Positions 17,480 to 26,640 of a stretch of DNA of 64,000 bases are shown here, in pieces. The position numbers were made by a program, and so were the translations under genes. The notes below the pieces were generated by a model. It made no database searches. It was not told where the DNA came from and was given only the letters and a program-made list of their open reading frames with translations. Source of the DNA: Planctomycetia bacterium. Its GTDB lineage: Bacteria; Planctomycetota; GCA-002687715. Each line of letters begins with the position of its first letter. The stretch's first letter is position 1. The stretch covers positions 80,123 to 144,122 of the forward strand of contig SXUL01000036.1 in NCBI GenBank assembly GCA_005790545.1, read 5' to 3'.

Positions 17480-19715
17480 GGTACCAGCTGAGCATCGCGC
17501 CCACGCATTCGCCGCACCAGTCGTGCTCTTCGAGAAGCCGCGTCCCGAAACCCTGTGCCTGTTCGCGGCGTGGTGCATCCAGGTGCGCGCTGCCTCCCTG
17601 CAGTTCGAGCAGGGCGTCGCGAGCCATGCGCAGCACTTCCCCTTCGCGTTCGCGGAAGAAACTCCGCTCGAGGGTGCGGTACTCGGCGGCGAAGAGCTCC
17701 TTCAAGACCAGCGGCGCATCCGGATCAGAGAGTCGGAAGGCCGCGATGCGTCGGATGAGGTTGTTCCTGAACTCGGCCGCATCCGTGGTGATCCCGAGGT
17801 GCTTCTCGACGTTTTCCATGCTCGCCGCATCGGGAGCACGGTCTTCATGGCGGCGCTCATCGTGCACGCGCTCGCCCGTGCCGAAGGCCTTCACCTCCCG
17901 CAGGTAGTCGTGGAAGATGCGATCTGACTCATTCTCGTCCACGAGCCGCGACGCCTCGCGCAGAGTCTTGCCAAGCCGCAGAACAAGCTCGGCCCTGACA
18001 TCCCTGAGGAAGCTCTCGCTCTGACCGAAGGCCCCGTCAGGCGCGATGCGCAGGAACGCATAGAGCGAGGGGTCTGCGAGCAAGCGCGGCAGGGCATCGA
18101 GGACATCCATCGGTGTGAGACAGGCGCCACTGCGACTGACACTCACCTCGGAGAGCATGCTCTGCATCTCGCGCGGTGAGGCACCCACACGTCCCTCGTA
18201 GGAAGCTTCGACGCATTCCTCGAACTCCTCCTCGGCGCCGTCGTACTCGGCAGCCAGGACTTCGATGCCTTCCGTGAGCGCGTGGCGCTCTGGTTCGTCG
18301 AGCCCTTCAGGCAGCGTGCCGTCCTCATACAGCGCGACCTTGTCGGCAGGTTTCAGTTTCTTCAGCACCTTCGCCAGCACGCCTTCGTGGGCGGCAGGAT
18401 CGGGTCGACGCATGCGCGTCAGCACGGCAAAGAGCGCCGCCACTTCCGCACAGTGTGGCGCGATGTGCATGCCGTGGGCGACGGACTCGAGATGTCGTTC
18501 GTAGATCTTCGCCTCGGTGGAAACCCGTCGGAGGTAGGGCACGCGCACGAGTTCCATGCGCCCCTTGAAGCCGGGGAAAGTGGGATCGCGTTTGAACGCC
18601 GCGAGGTACTTCTCATCCGACGTGCCCACCTGCAGGAGATCGAGGGCCACGGTAATGGCCGGGAGATGAAGCATGCCGCGCTCCACCGTCGTGAGCAGAT
18701 ACTTGTTCGCCTCCAGCGGTCGCTTCAGGAAGTCGCTGTACTCCGCGATGCCGTGGTTGGCATCCACCAGATCGCCGTGAGCCTCGTGCAGATCTTCGTG
18801 CATGAGCACGGCCGGCAGTCCGTCCATGGAACCGTGCGCGAGCATGCGGGAGGCTGCATCCACAGTCGTCTGCGGCTCGATGGTCACTGATCCGATGCGG
18901 TAGCGATGGGAAACGTAGAAGCGCTCGACACGCACGTGCCTGAGCACGCGTTGCCAGTCCCCTTTGCAGGAGCGCAACAACGTCTCGTAGAGCACCTTGT
19001 TCTTGGGGCTGAGTTCGCCGCGCTGAATTGCATCACTGAGCACGAACCGGTCACGCTCCGACGCATCGGCCGTGGCCAAGGCCTCCTCAAGCATTTCGAG
19101 GCGGCGCTTCTTGGGGATGAGCAGCCACGGCGGGTCTTTCATCTCGCAGGGGATGCGACTGGTGATGAAGCGGTCATCCACGTGCGCAAGCGAGCCTTCG
19201 TCAGCATGAGTGCGCCTTCCGAATCCCACCTCGCCTTTCTCCGTCCGCTCGCAGAAGACCCACGAGAACCGGAACAGCGGGCAGTCGTCCGTGCGACTCC
19301 ATGCCTCCAGCCCGTTCCTGAGGCAGTCCACGATGCTCGACTTCGAGGAACCGTTGGGCCCGTGCAGCAGCACGAAGCGGTCGCAGCGCCCGCGCTCGGC
19401 GAACCCGCTGATCACGTCGTAGAGCCGGTTCTGCACTTCCTCCTGCCCATAGACCGTGGCGAGCCCGTCACCGCGCGGATCATCGAAGAGCGCAAAGCGC
19501 CGCGTTGGAGCGCCACCGAGCCCCGGCACCTCGTACGCGCCATGGTGCACAAACAGATCGCGCAACATCTGATGCACGTTGCGCGTGAGTGTGTACGGCC
19601 GCGCGTAGAGGAGTTCGAGATACTCCTCGAAGGTGAGCTGCGCCCGCTGCCCTTCGAAGGAGTCCTTCGAGTGCTGCGTCACACGGGCGATGGCCTTGTC
19701 GATTCTCGGGTCCAT
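17451..19715 (-). CDS. prkA: PrkA-family serine protein kinase (AAA+ N-terminal domain)
   Basis: 754 aa. Walker A 'LLHGPNGSSKSS' in an N-terminal AAA domain and the long conserved PrkA C-terminal domain. Similar to E. coli YeaG / B. subtilis PrkA. Confidence 0.85.
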   Translation of the reverse strand: MDPRIDKAIARVTQHSKDSFEGQRAQLTFEEYLELLYARPYTLTRNVHQMLRDLFVHHGAYEVPGLGGAPTRRFALFDDPRGDGLATVYGQEEVQNRLYDVISGFAERGRCDRFVLLHGPNGSSKSSIVDCLRNGLEAWSRTDDCPLFRFSWVFCERTEKGEVGFGRRTHADEGSLAHVDDRFITSRIPCEMKDPPWLLIPKKRRLEMLEEALATADASERDRFVLSDAIQRGELSPKNKVLYETLLRSCKGDWQRVLRHVRVERFYVSHRYRIGSVTIEPQTTVDAASRMLAHGSMDGLPAVLMHEDLHEAHGDLVDANHGIAEYSDFLKRPLEANKYLLTTVERGMLHLPAITVALDLLQVGTSDEKYLAAFKRDPTFPGFKGRMELVRVPYLRRVSTEAKIYERHLESVAHGMHIAPHCAEVAALFAVLTRMRRPDPAAHEGVLAKVLKKLKPADKVALYEDGTLPEGLDEPERHALTEGIEVLAAEYDGAEEEFEECVEASYEGRVGASPREMQSMLSEVSVSRSGACLTPMDVLDALPRLLADPSLYAFLRIAPDGAFGQSESFLRDVRAELVLRLGKTLREASRLVDENESDRIFHDYLREVKAFGTGERVHDERRHEDRAPDAASMENVEKHLGITTDAAEFRNNLIRRIAAFRLSDPDAPLVLKELFAAEYRTLERSFFREREGEVLRMARDALLELQGGSAHLDAPRREQAQGFGTRLLEEHDWCGECVGAMLSWYLKHQQECED

Positions 19716-19898
19716 GCTTCAGAATGGTCTACGGATCGGGAGCGCCGCTCGGGAGTCCGGCCATGCGGGGCTTATCGGCCTGAAGGCGCGCGCAAGTTCG
19801 GGAAAAGACCGGCCATGGCGAAGCAGCCACGGAGCCACCGGCGCTCACAACCCCAAGGCGGGCTGTAGCGGAAGGACGAACGGCGCAGCACGAAACGA

Positions 19899-19973
19899 TG
19901 ACCCCGACGGGATTTGAACCCGTGTTACCAGGATGAAAACCTGGTGTCCTAGACCTGGCTAGACGACGGGGCC
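19899..19973 (-). tRNA. tRNA-Glu (anticodon TTC)
   Basis: Reverse complement reads GGCCCCG-TC-GTCT..GGAC-A-CCAGG-TTTTCAT-CCTGG-TAAC-ACGGG-TTCAAAT-CCCGT-CGGGGTC-A. It forms a cloverleaf with a 7-bp acceptor stem (one G-U) and anticodon loop UUUUCAU. Strong similarity to bacterial tRNA-Glu (UCGUCUAG...GGUAACA..GGUUCGAAUCC). Confidence 0.85.
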
Positions 19974-20080
19974 GAACGCGCGAAACGGTATCAACACCGC
20001 GGCGACACGCCAGAGTTGTTTCAAAGCCGTTGAACCGACACCTCTGAGCCCGCCGGCGCCTGATTTTCCCGCGGGATAGC

Positions 20081-21421
20081 ATGGCCGCCATGCGCACATT
20101 CAGCCTCGCTCTGCTCACACTTCTTGCGGCCTGCACCACTGGAACGCCGGGCGCCGGCAGCCCCCCGCCGGACTCAGCTTGGACTCCTCTCTTCGACGGC
20201 AAGACCCTCGACGGATGGGTGAACGTGCAGTGTGCCCCCAGCACGTTCACCGTGAAGGACGGCCTGCTTGTCTCGAGCGGCATCCCGACCGGCATCCTCC
20301 GCACGGCCCGCATGTACGAGAACTTCGAACTCGAACTGGAGTGGCGCCACATGAAGGCTGGCGGCAATGCCGGCCTCTTCATCTGGTCCGATGCGCTCAC
20401 TGCTCGGGGGCAACCCTTCTCACGCTCCATTGAAGTCCAGGTCATGGATGGTGTGGAGAAGCCGGGCTTCTACACCTCGCAGGGAGACATCTTCTCAATC
20501 CACGGCGCGCGCATGAAGCCTGACCGCCCGCATCCGAACGGCTGGGAACGCTGCCTGCCCGCCTCGAACCAGACACGCCCGTCGCCTGAATGGAATCACT
20601 ACCGCGTGGTGGCCAATGAGGGCGTGCTGAAGCTCTCGATCAACGGCGTGGAAGTCAGCGGTGCTTCCGCCTGCACGCCCCGCAAGGGCTACATCTGCAT
20701 TGAATCGGAAGGCAGTGAATGTCACTTCCGGAATCTGAAGATCAAGGAGCGCCCGGCGAGTGCAACTCCCCTCAACATGAAAGACGTGGCGCAAGAGGCC
20801 GACCACTTCCGTTCTCTCTACAACGGTGTCTCCCTTGCCGGCTGGAGAGATGCAGCGGAGAAGTCCGCCCACTGGCAAGCGCATGATTGGACCCTCGCTC
20901 ACGACGGCAAAGGCGGCGACCTGTGGACCAGCGAGGAATTCGGGGACTTCGAGCTCATGGTGGACTGGCGCCTTGCGGGCGCTGCCAAGGAAATGCAGCG
21001 CCCGGTGCTGGGTACCGATGGTCTCGAGAAAAAAGGCGCCGACGGAAAGCCTGAACTCGTCAGTGTCAGCGACGCCGGCGATTCCGGCATCTACCTCCGC
21101 GGCAGCAGCAAGGCTCAGGTGAATATCTGGTGCTGGCCCTGCGGCTCCGGCGAAACATGGGGCTACCGCACAGCCGCCGAGACGCCCGCGAGCGAACGTG
21201 GCGCCTATGTGCCGCTCGTGCGGGCGGACGCGCCGCCCGGGCAGTGGAACCGCTTTCACATCCGCGTCGTGGGTGAGGCCCTCGATGTCATCCTCAATGG
21301 CAAGCGCGTGATCAAGGAAGCGCTGCTCAGAGGGGTCGCCGCCCGCGGTCCCATCGGGCTTCAAAGCCACGGTGACGCCATCGAATTCGCGAACATCTAC
21401 GTCATGCGCATCAAGCCCTGA
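20081..21421 (+). CDS. lipoprotein with two tandem DUF1080 (3-keto-disaccharide hydrolase-like / LamG-like) domains
   Basis: Lipoprotein signal 'LALLTLLAAC'. Two repeats each containing the DUF1080 hallmarks (W...F.V.DG.L......G.L.T...Y.NFEL..E.R....GNSG..IR / ...GYI.LQSEG..I.FRNI.I). Confidence 0.7.
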   Translation: MAAMRTFSLALLTLLAACTTGTPGAGSPPPDSAWTPLFDGKTLDGWVNVQCAPSTFTVKDGLLVSSGIPTGILRTARMYENFELELEWRHMKAGGNAGLFIWSDALTARGQPFSRSIEVQVMDGVEKPGFYTSQGDIFSIHGARMKPDRPHPNGWERCLPASNQTRPSPEWNHYRVVANEGVLKLSINGVEVSGASACTPRKGYICIESEGSECHFRNLKIKERPASATPLNMKDVAQEADHFRSLYNGVSLAGWRDAAEKSAHWQAHDWTLAHDGKGGDLWTSEEFGDFELMVDWRLAGAAKEMQRPVLGTDGLEKKGADGKPELVSVSDAGDSGIYLRGSSKAQVNIWCWPCGSGETWGYRTAAETPASERGAYVPLVRADAPPGQWNRFHIRVVGEALDVILNGKRVIKEALLRGVAARGPIGLQSHGDAIEFANIYVMRIKP

Positions 21422-21423
21422 CA

Positions 21424-23202
21424 GTGCGCCGCAGCACACACCTCGCCTCGATACTGATCCTCTGCGCCCTTGCGGGCGCCGTGGCGCCTGCGCAAGGCGT
21501 GCGCGTCATCCTCGCAGATGGCCGCATCGTGGACCAAGCCGGCGCAGGTTCGACGCGCGCGGGCGCGCTGGAGCTGAAGGTAGAACCCGTTCACGACGGG
21601 CGTTTCGACGTTGAGCTCAGGAATCCGACCGCGTTGCCGTTCGGGATCACTGCGGCACGGCGCGGAACACCAGTCTTCCTCACCCACGCTGCGATTGCTG
21701 CACCACCCGGCTGGCGCATTGACTGGGCTGAAGCGCGCGGAGCTGAGCGCGCCTTCGCCTGGAACGATCAGGAAGTGTGGGATGTGCTCGGCCCACGGCA
21801 TCGACGCACCACCGCGCTCACGCTCGAAGAGAGCGCGCGCTGGCACCACCTGAATGGCGGCGAGTGCATTCGCTGGCAGGTGCTCCTGGCTCCCGAGCCC
21901 GTGCCCGCACGCGACGGTGCAAGCGCCGACCGCTGTCGCGGTGCCCTCCGCAGCGTGGACGCCGCTGAATGCGCAAAGCAGCGCGCACTGTTTCCGCGGC
22001 TCGAGCAGTTGCGCAGGCAGTTCACCATCGCGGACACCGCTCCCCCCTTCGACACGGCGCCAGGCACGCGCAACTTCGGCTGGTATCTCCACTGGTGGCA
22101 GCGGCGCTTTGATTACGGCCATTCAGCTCCCTGCAACGGGCCCTTTGACTGGGGCGTCGTGCCTTGGTCGGGCGGCAACACGAATGCGCACTACGACCTC
22201 GTGGCCTGCTGCATCGAGAACTGGTTGGACTCCGGCGACGCCGGTGCCTGGCGCCTTGCACTCTTGCTGGCGCGCCAGATGGCCACGCGCGGATTCACCA
22301 ACACGGATGAACCGTTGCCTTTCCCCGGCTGGCCTGCGGGGTACCTGAACCACAGTTGGCATTTCGAGAAGACGAACACCGAACGCCCGGACAGCGCAGG
22401 ACGGAAAGGCTTCGGGCATCCCGGGAACTACATGCCGCCGCAGAGTTCTCACCAATGGGATCTCGGCGTCTTGATGACAGCCGAGCTCTCGGGTGATCCT
22501 CATCTCCTTCGCACCATGGCGCAACGGAGAGCCTTCCTCCTCGCCGTGGGACATGAACGCATTTGGGATGGGAGTTGGGGCATCCGACCCGCCGCGTGGC
22601 ATCTCCGCAATCTGCTCGCCTTCCGCGTCGTGCGCGAGGACAAGAGCATGGAGGCTCGCGCCGAGGCGTTCCTCGCCCATTGCATGAAGCTCATCGGCCC
22701 CGAGGCCAAGTGGCCGACGGATCGCGGTTCACCTGAGTGGCAAACGCCATGGCAAACGGCGTTGTTCGTCTCTCTTGCTGCCGAATGGCGTGAACTGGGC
22801 GTCGGCAAGGGACATCGGCCTCGCTTGCTCGCGCTCGGCCGCTGGGTGCTCGATGAGACCACGACCTTCGTGAACGAAGAAGTCGGTGAGTGCTTGAAGG
22901 GTGCCTACCGTGTGCGCATCGCAGAAGGCGGCCGCGCAGAGGTGACGGAGTGGCTGGCTCCCATCTCGACACCGCTGCTCTTGCCGCTCTGCACCGTGAT
23001 GGCCAATGCGGATCCCCGTTACGTGCGTCACCTCACCGCGGCACGGCGCACCGCCGCCGCGGCGGCGTGGCGCGGTTGGGGTGACCTCAGCACCAAAGGC
23101 AGCGCCGGAGAATCCGACTGGGGCTCTTCCATGTACCCGGGCTCCATGCCCAAGGCGGCCGCGGAGCTTCTGCTCGGCGCGCGACGCGCCCACATGCGCT
23201 GA
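21424..23202 (+). CDS. hypothetical secreted protein (592 aa)
   Basis: Signal peptide 'ILILCALAGAVAPAQG'. Trp-rich, possible all-alpha carbohydrate-active fold. No confident family assignment. Starts 3 bp after the DUF1080 gene. Confidence 0.5.
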   Translation: MRRSTHLASILILCALAGAVAPAQGVRVILADGRIVDQAGAGSTRAGALELKVEPVHDGRFDVELRNPTALPFGITAARRGTPVFLTHAAIAAPPGWRIDWAEARGAERAFAWNDQEVWDVLGPRHRRTTALTLEESARWHHLNGGECIRWQVLLAPEPVPARDGASADRCRGALRSVDAAECAKQRALFPRLEQLRRQFTIADTAPPFDTAPGTRNFGWYLHWWQRRFDYGHSAPCNGPFDWGVVPWSGGNTNAHYDLVACCIENWLDSGDAGAWRLALLLARQMATRGFTNTDEPLPFPGWPAGYLNHSWHFEKTNTERPDSAGRKGFGHPGNYMPPQSSHQWDLGVLMTAELSGDPHLLRTMAQRRAFLLAVGHERIWDGSWGIRPAAWHLRNLLAFRVVREDKSMEARAEAFLAHCMKLIGPEAKWPTDRGSPEWQTPWQTALFVSLAAEWRELGVGKGHRPRLLALGRWVLDETTTFVNEEVGECLKGAYRVRIAEGGRAEVTEWLAPISTPLLLPLCTVMANADPRYVRHLTAARRTAAAAAWRGWGDLSTKGSAGESDWGSSMYPGSMPKAAAELLLGARRAHMR

Positions 23203-23203
23203 A

Positions 23204-23276
23204 TAAGGCCGGCGGGGATCGAACCCGCGACCAACGGATTAAAAATCCGTTGCTCTACCGACTGAGCTACGGCCTC
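23204..23276 (-). tRNA. tRNA-Lys (anticodon TTT)
   Basis: Reverse complement GAGGCCG-TA-GCTC-AGTCGGTA-GAGC-A-ACGGA-TTTTTAA-TCCGT-TGGTC-GCGGG-TTCGATC-CCCGC-CGGCCTT-A. Canonical cloverleaf; anticodon loop UUUUUAA. Confidence 0.85.
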
Positions 23277-23347
23277 GTAGCGGGCCGGGGTCTGGCACTG
23301 TGGCCGGGCCCCTGCCCCCGGAACACGGCGGCGGGAGCCATTACGGC

Positions 23348-23914
23348 TCACACCGTCGTGAGTTCGTCTGATTTTTTCTTGAGCAGGCCGTCGATCTTCG
23401 ACTCCTGCTGCTTGGTCAGGTCCTGGATCTTCGCTTCGAGATCCTTCTCCTGATCCTCGGTGAGCTTCGTTTCCTTCTTCGCCTGCTGCGCCACCTTCAT
23501 GGAGTCGCGGCGCACATTGCGCACCGCCACGCGCTGCTGCTCACCCAGCTCCTTGATGTGCGCGACGAGCTTCTTTCTCTGCTCCTCGGTCATCATGGGA
23601 ACCGGCAGGCGGATGATCTTGCCGTCACTCTGCGGCGTGATGCCGAGATTGCTCGCGAGAATGGCTTTCTCGATGGACGACGTTGCGGTCGCGTCGAAAG
23701 GCTTGATCACGATGCTGCGCGCATCGGAAACCGAAACCTGCGCCAGTTGCGAAATGGGCGTCATGCTGCCGTAGTAGTCCACCTTGATGTGGTCCACGAG
23801 GCCCGGCGCCGCGCGGCCCGTGCGGATGCCGCGCAAGTCATCCTCGAGGCGCGCCACGGCCTTGCCCATGCGGTCCTTCGTCTCGTTCAAGATGCCGTTG
23901 TAGCTGAGGTCCAT
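23348..23914 (-). CDS. frr: ribosome recycling factor
   Basis: 188 aa. 'LEDDLRGIRTGRA...VDYYGSMTPISQLAQVSVSDARSIVIKPFD...IRLPVPMMTEEQRKKLVAHIKELGEQQRVAVRNVRRD' is the classic RRF sequence. Last gene of the rpsB-tsf-pyrH-frr array. Confidence 0.95.
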   Translation of the reverse strand: MDLSYNGILNETKDRMGKAVARLEDDLRGIRTGRAAPGLVDHIKVDYYGSMTPISQLAQVSVSDARSIVIKPFDATATSSIEKAILASNLGITPQSDGKIIRLPVPMMTEEQRKKLVAHIKELGEQQRVAVRNVRRDSMKVAQQAKKETKLTEDQEKDLEAKIQDLTKQQESKIDGLLKKKSDELTTV

Positions 23915-23917
23915 CGT

Positions 23918-24661
23918 TCAACCCTCCGCCCCGCCGACCTGCGTGCCCACGTCGCCGCCGTGCAGCAGCTTGACGAGATTCGCTGGTTCGGACATGTCAA
24001 AGACCACGATGGGGAGCTGGTGCTCCATGCACGTCGTGATCGCTGTCTTGTCCATGACGCCGAGGCCCCTGTTGATCACTTCGAGGTAGCTGATGCGCGT
24101 GAAGCGCTTCGCATCGGTGTGCTTCCTCGGATCACGGTCGTAGACGCCATCCACTTTGGTGGCCTTGAGCACGGCCGCGCACTCGAGCTCGAGCGCGCGC
24201 ACCGCAGCCGCCGTGTCCGTGGTGAAAAAAGGACGACCTGTGCCGCAGGCGAGAATCACTACACGCCCCTTCTCGAGGTGGCGCATGGCGCGGCGCCGGA
24301 TGAACGGCTCCATCACCTCGCGGATGTCGATGCCCGAGCACACCCGCGTCGGCACACCCTTCTTTTCGAGGCAATCCTGCAAAGCCATCGAGTTGATGGC
24401 GGTCGCCAGCATGCCCATCTGATCCGCCGTGGCGCGATTGATGCCGAGGGGCTCGATCTGCGCACCGCGGAGGATGTTGCCGCCGCCGATCACCACCGCC
24501 ACTTCAGCGCCGGTGGCATGAGCGGACTTCACAACCTCCGCAGCGCGCTGCACGGCCGCGATGTCGATGCCATGCCCACCGGGTTCGCACAGCGATTCCC
24601 CGGAGAGCTTGAGCAGCACCCGCTTCCAGCGCAGCGACGAATGCGCCTTCGAATCACTCAC
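23918..24661 (-). CDS. pyrH: uridylate (UMP) kinase
   Basis: Motifs 'RVLLKLSGESL', 'VVIGGGNILRG', 'ILACGTGRPFFTTDTAAA'. No in-frame ATG near the expected N-terminus. A GTG at 24661 (V-S-D-S-K...) gives a 247-aa protein overlapping the tsf stop by 8 nt. The ORF-track start at 24931 would overlap tsf extensively. Confidence 0.9.
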   Translation of the reverse strand: MSDSKAHSSLRWKRVLLKLSGESLCEPGGHGIDIAAVQRAAEVVKSAHATGAEVAVVIGGGNILRGAQIEPLGINRATADQMGMLATAINSMALQDCLEKKGVPTRVCSGIDIREVMEPFIRRRAMRHLEKGRVVILACGTGRPFFTTDTAAAVRALELECAAVLKATKVDGVYDRDPRKHTDAKRFTRISYLEVINRGLGVMDKTAITTCMEHQLPIVVFDMSEPANLVKLLHGGDVGTQVGGAEG

Positions 24662-25517
24662 CGATGCGAATCCTCGAGAAGGAGAGGATGCGCACGTTGC
24701 TGACGCCCGCTGCCTTGGCACCAGCGGCCAACCAGACGCCGACTTTCTTCTCCGGGTCGAGCACGCACTCCTGCTCGATGAGAGCACGCTCCGCGACGAA
24801 CTTCTGGATGCGCCCACCAACCATCTTCTCGGCGATGGCCTGGGGCTTGCCGGATTCAACAGCCTGCTTGATGCAGATTTCGCGCTCCGCGGCGAGATCC
24901 TTCTCCGGGATGCCAGTGGCATCCACGGCAAGGGGTGCCGGCGTCACGGCGACGATGTGCATGCAGAGCTCGCGCAACACCTTCGCGAAAGCCTCGCTGC
25001 CGATGTCGCCTTCTGCACTGACTTCGACAAGACCGCAGCTCTTGTTGTCGAAGTGCTGGTAGGCACCTGCGATGCCGCCCATGCGCACGACGCGCCGGAT
25101 GGCCATGTTCTCGCGGATGGTGTTGGCTGCATCGTCGAGCAGCGCCTTCACCTTGCCGCCGCAGCACGCGAGCACGGATTCTGGCGAGGCGGCTTCAGGA
25201 GCGGAGGCCATGGCGGCATCCAGCGCCGCTGCCGCAAGGGCCTGGAACTTCTCGTTGCGCGCGGAGAAGTCCGTCTCGCAGGAGACGAGCACCGCCGCAC
25301 CACCCTTGTTGCCCGGCCCGATGGCAACGCGCACGACACCTTCGAACGTGTCGCGGTCCGCGCGCTTGGCCATCTTCGCGATGCCGCGCTCGCGCAGCAC
25401 CTTGATGGCGCTGTCCATGTCGCCACCGGCGGCATCGAGAGCGCTCTTGCATTCCATCATCGGTGCCTGCGTACGTTCGCGCAGTTCCTTCACCATGGCA
25501 GCAGTCACTGGAGGCAT
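24654..25517 (-). CDS. tsf: translation elongation factor Ts
   Basis: 287 aa. N-terminal UBA-like 'MVKELRERTQAPMMECKSALDAAGGDMDSAIKVLRERG' and duplicated EF-Ts core domains. Confidence 0.95.
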   Translation of the reverse strand: MPPVTAAMVKELRERTQAPMMECKSALDAAGGDMDSAIKVLRERGIAKMAKRADRDTFEGVVRVAIGPGNKGGAAVLVSCETDFSARNEKFQALAAAALDAAMASAPEAASPESVLACCGGKVKALLDDAANTIRENMAIRRVVRMGGIAGAYQHFDNKSCGLVEVSAEGDIGSEAFAKVLRELCMHIVAVTPAPLAVDATGIPEKDLAAEREICIKQAVESGKPQAIAEKMVGGRIQKFVAERALIEQECVLDPEKKVGVWLAAGAKAAGVSNVRILSFSRIRIGE

Positions 25518-25535
25518 GTGATGTCCTTTCGTGAC

Positions 25536-26456
25536 TCAGGCCAAAGGATCGGTCTTCGGTGCATCCGCGGGAGGCGCAACAGCGGCGCCTGGCGTGTCCG
25601 CCTTGGCGGCGCGCTCGGCACGCAAGCGGGCCTGCGCAGCCTTGAGAGCTTCGACTTCGGCAGCCCGGCGCTCGGCTGAACGGCGCGCCACTTCCTGCTC
25701 CTTCTTCTGCTCTTCCATGCGACGCGATTCCTCATCCGCGCGACGCTTCTGTTCCGCGGCCTGCCACTGGGCGAAGGCGGTATTCCCTGCGGCCACCGCC
25801 TCGGTGAGCTTCTTCAGCAGCACCTGGATGGAACGCATGGAGTCGTCGTTGCCGGGAATCGGGATGTCGATGAGGCTTGGATCGCAGTCGGTGTCGAGGA
25901 TGGCCACCACGGGGATGCCGAGCTTGTTCGCTTCGCGCACCGCGTTGTGTTCCTTCTTCGGATCCACCACCACCATCGCGCCCGGGAGCTTCTCCATGAG
26001 ACGCAGACCGTCGAGGTTGCGCAGCATCTTGCGCTTGTCGCGCAGGATCGTGGACTGCTCCTTCTTGGCGCGCGATGCGAATTGCGGGTCCAGCACCTGA
26101 CTCTCGAGTTCGAGCAGCGCCTTCATGCGCCCGCGGATGGTTGCGAAGTTGGTGAGCGTTCCGCCCAGCCAGCGTTCGGTCACGAGCGGCATGTTGACGC
26201 TCGTCGCGCACTCCTGGATCACCGGTGCGGCCTGACGCTTGGTGCCCACGAACAGGACCTGGTGGCCTTCCGCGGTGAGCCGCTGCAGGAAGGTCGTGGC
26301 CTTGATGACACCACGCAGGGATTCGCGCAGGTCGATGATGTGGATCAGGTTCCGCTTGCCGAAGATGTAGGGCTTCATCTTCGGATTCCAGCGGGAGGCG
26401 CGGCAGCCAAAGTGCACGCCAGCTTCGAGGAGATCCTTGACTGGGACAGCAAACAT
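25536..26456 (-). CDS. rpsB: 30S ribosomal protein S2 with about 60-aa Lys/Glu/Arg/Ala-rich C-terminal extension
   Basis: Start at Met 26456 (MFAVPVKDLLEAGVHFG...) gives a canonical S2 N-terminus; 'LFVGTKRQA...DTDCDP' core. The C-terminal 60 aa are low-complexity charged (EQKRRADEESRRMEEQKKEQE...). The upstream 145 codons of the ORF track are not S2-like. Confidence 0.95.
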   Translation of the reverse strand: MFAVPVKDLLEAGVHFGCRASRWNPKMKPYIFGKRNLIHIIDLRESLRGVIKATTFLQRLTAEGHQVLFVGTKRQAAPVIQECATSVNMPLVTERWLGGTLTNFATIRGRMKALLELESQVLDPQFASRAKKEQSTILRDKRKMLRNLDGLRLMEKLPGAMVVVDPKKEHNAVREANKLGIPVVAILDTDCDPSLIDIPIPGNDDSMRSIQVLLKKLTEAVAAGNTAFAQWQAAEQKRRADEESRRMEEQKKEQEVARRSAERRAAEVEALKAAQARLRAERAAKADTPGAAVAPPADAPKTDPLA

Positions 26457-26640
26457 GTGCGAACTCCACCGCGCAGGTCCATTGTGGAGCCCTTGATGCA
26501 GGACCCCGGACTTGCCGGATCGAACGAGAACCGCCCCCAACAGCCCGCACCACCATGGCGCGACACTCAAGGGACGCGGGCAGTCTAGCCGTCCCGCAGC
26601 GCGCCTCAACGAAGTGCCACGGCTGCTAGGCTCGCCACCC

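Noticed and set aside
19899-23276. tRNA-Glu ... tRNA-Lys bracketed segment as a genomic island
   Set aside because: No integrase, no att-like duplication of tRNA 3' ends, GC content indistinguishable from surroundings. Contents are ordinary secreted proteins.
24662-24931. Upstream 90 codons of the pyrH ORF track (start at 24931)
   Set aside because: Would overlap tsf by 278 nt; the sequence is Ser/Arg/Pro-rich. A GTG at 24661 yields a canonical 247-aa UMP kinase.
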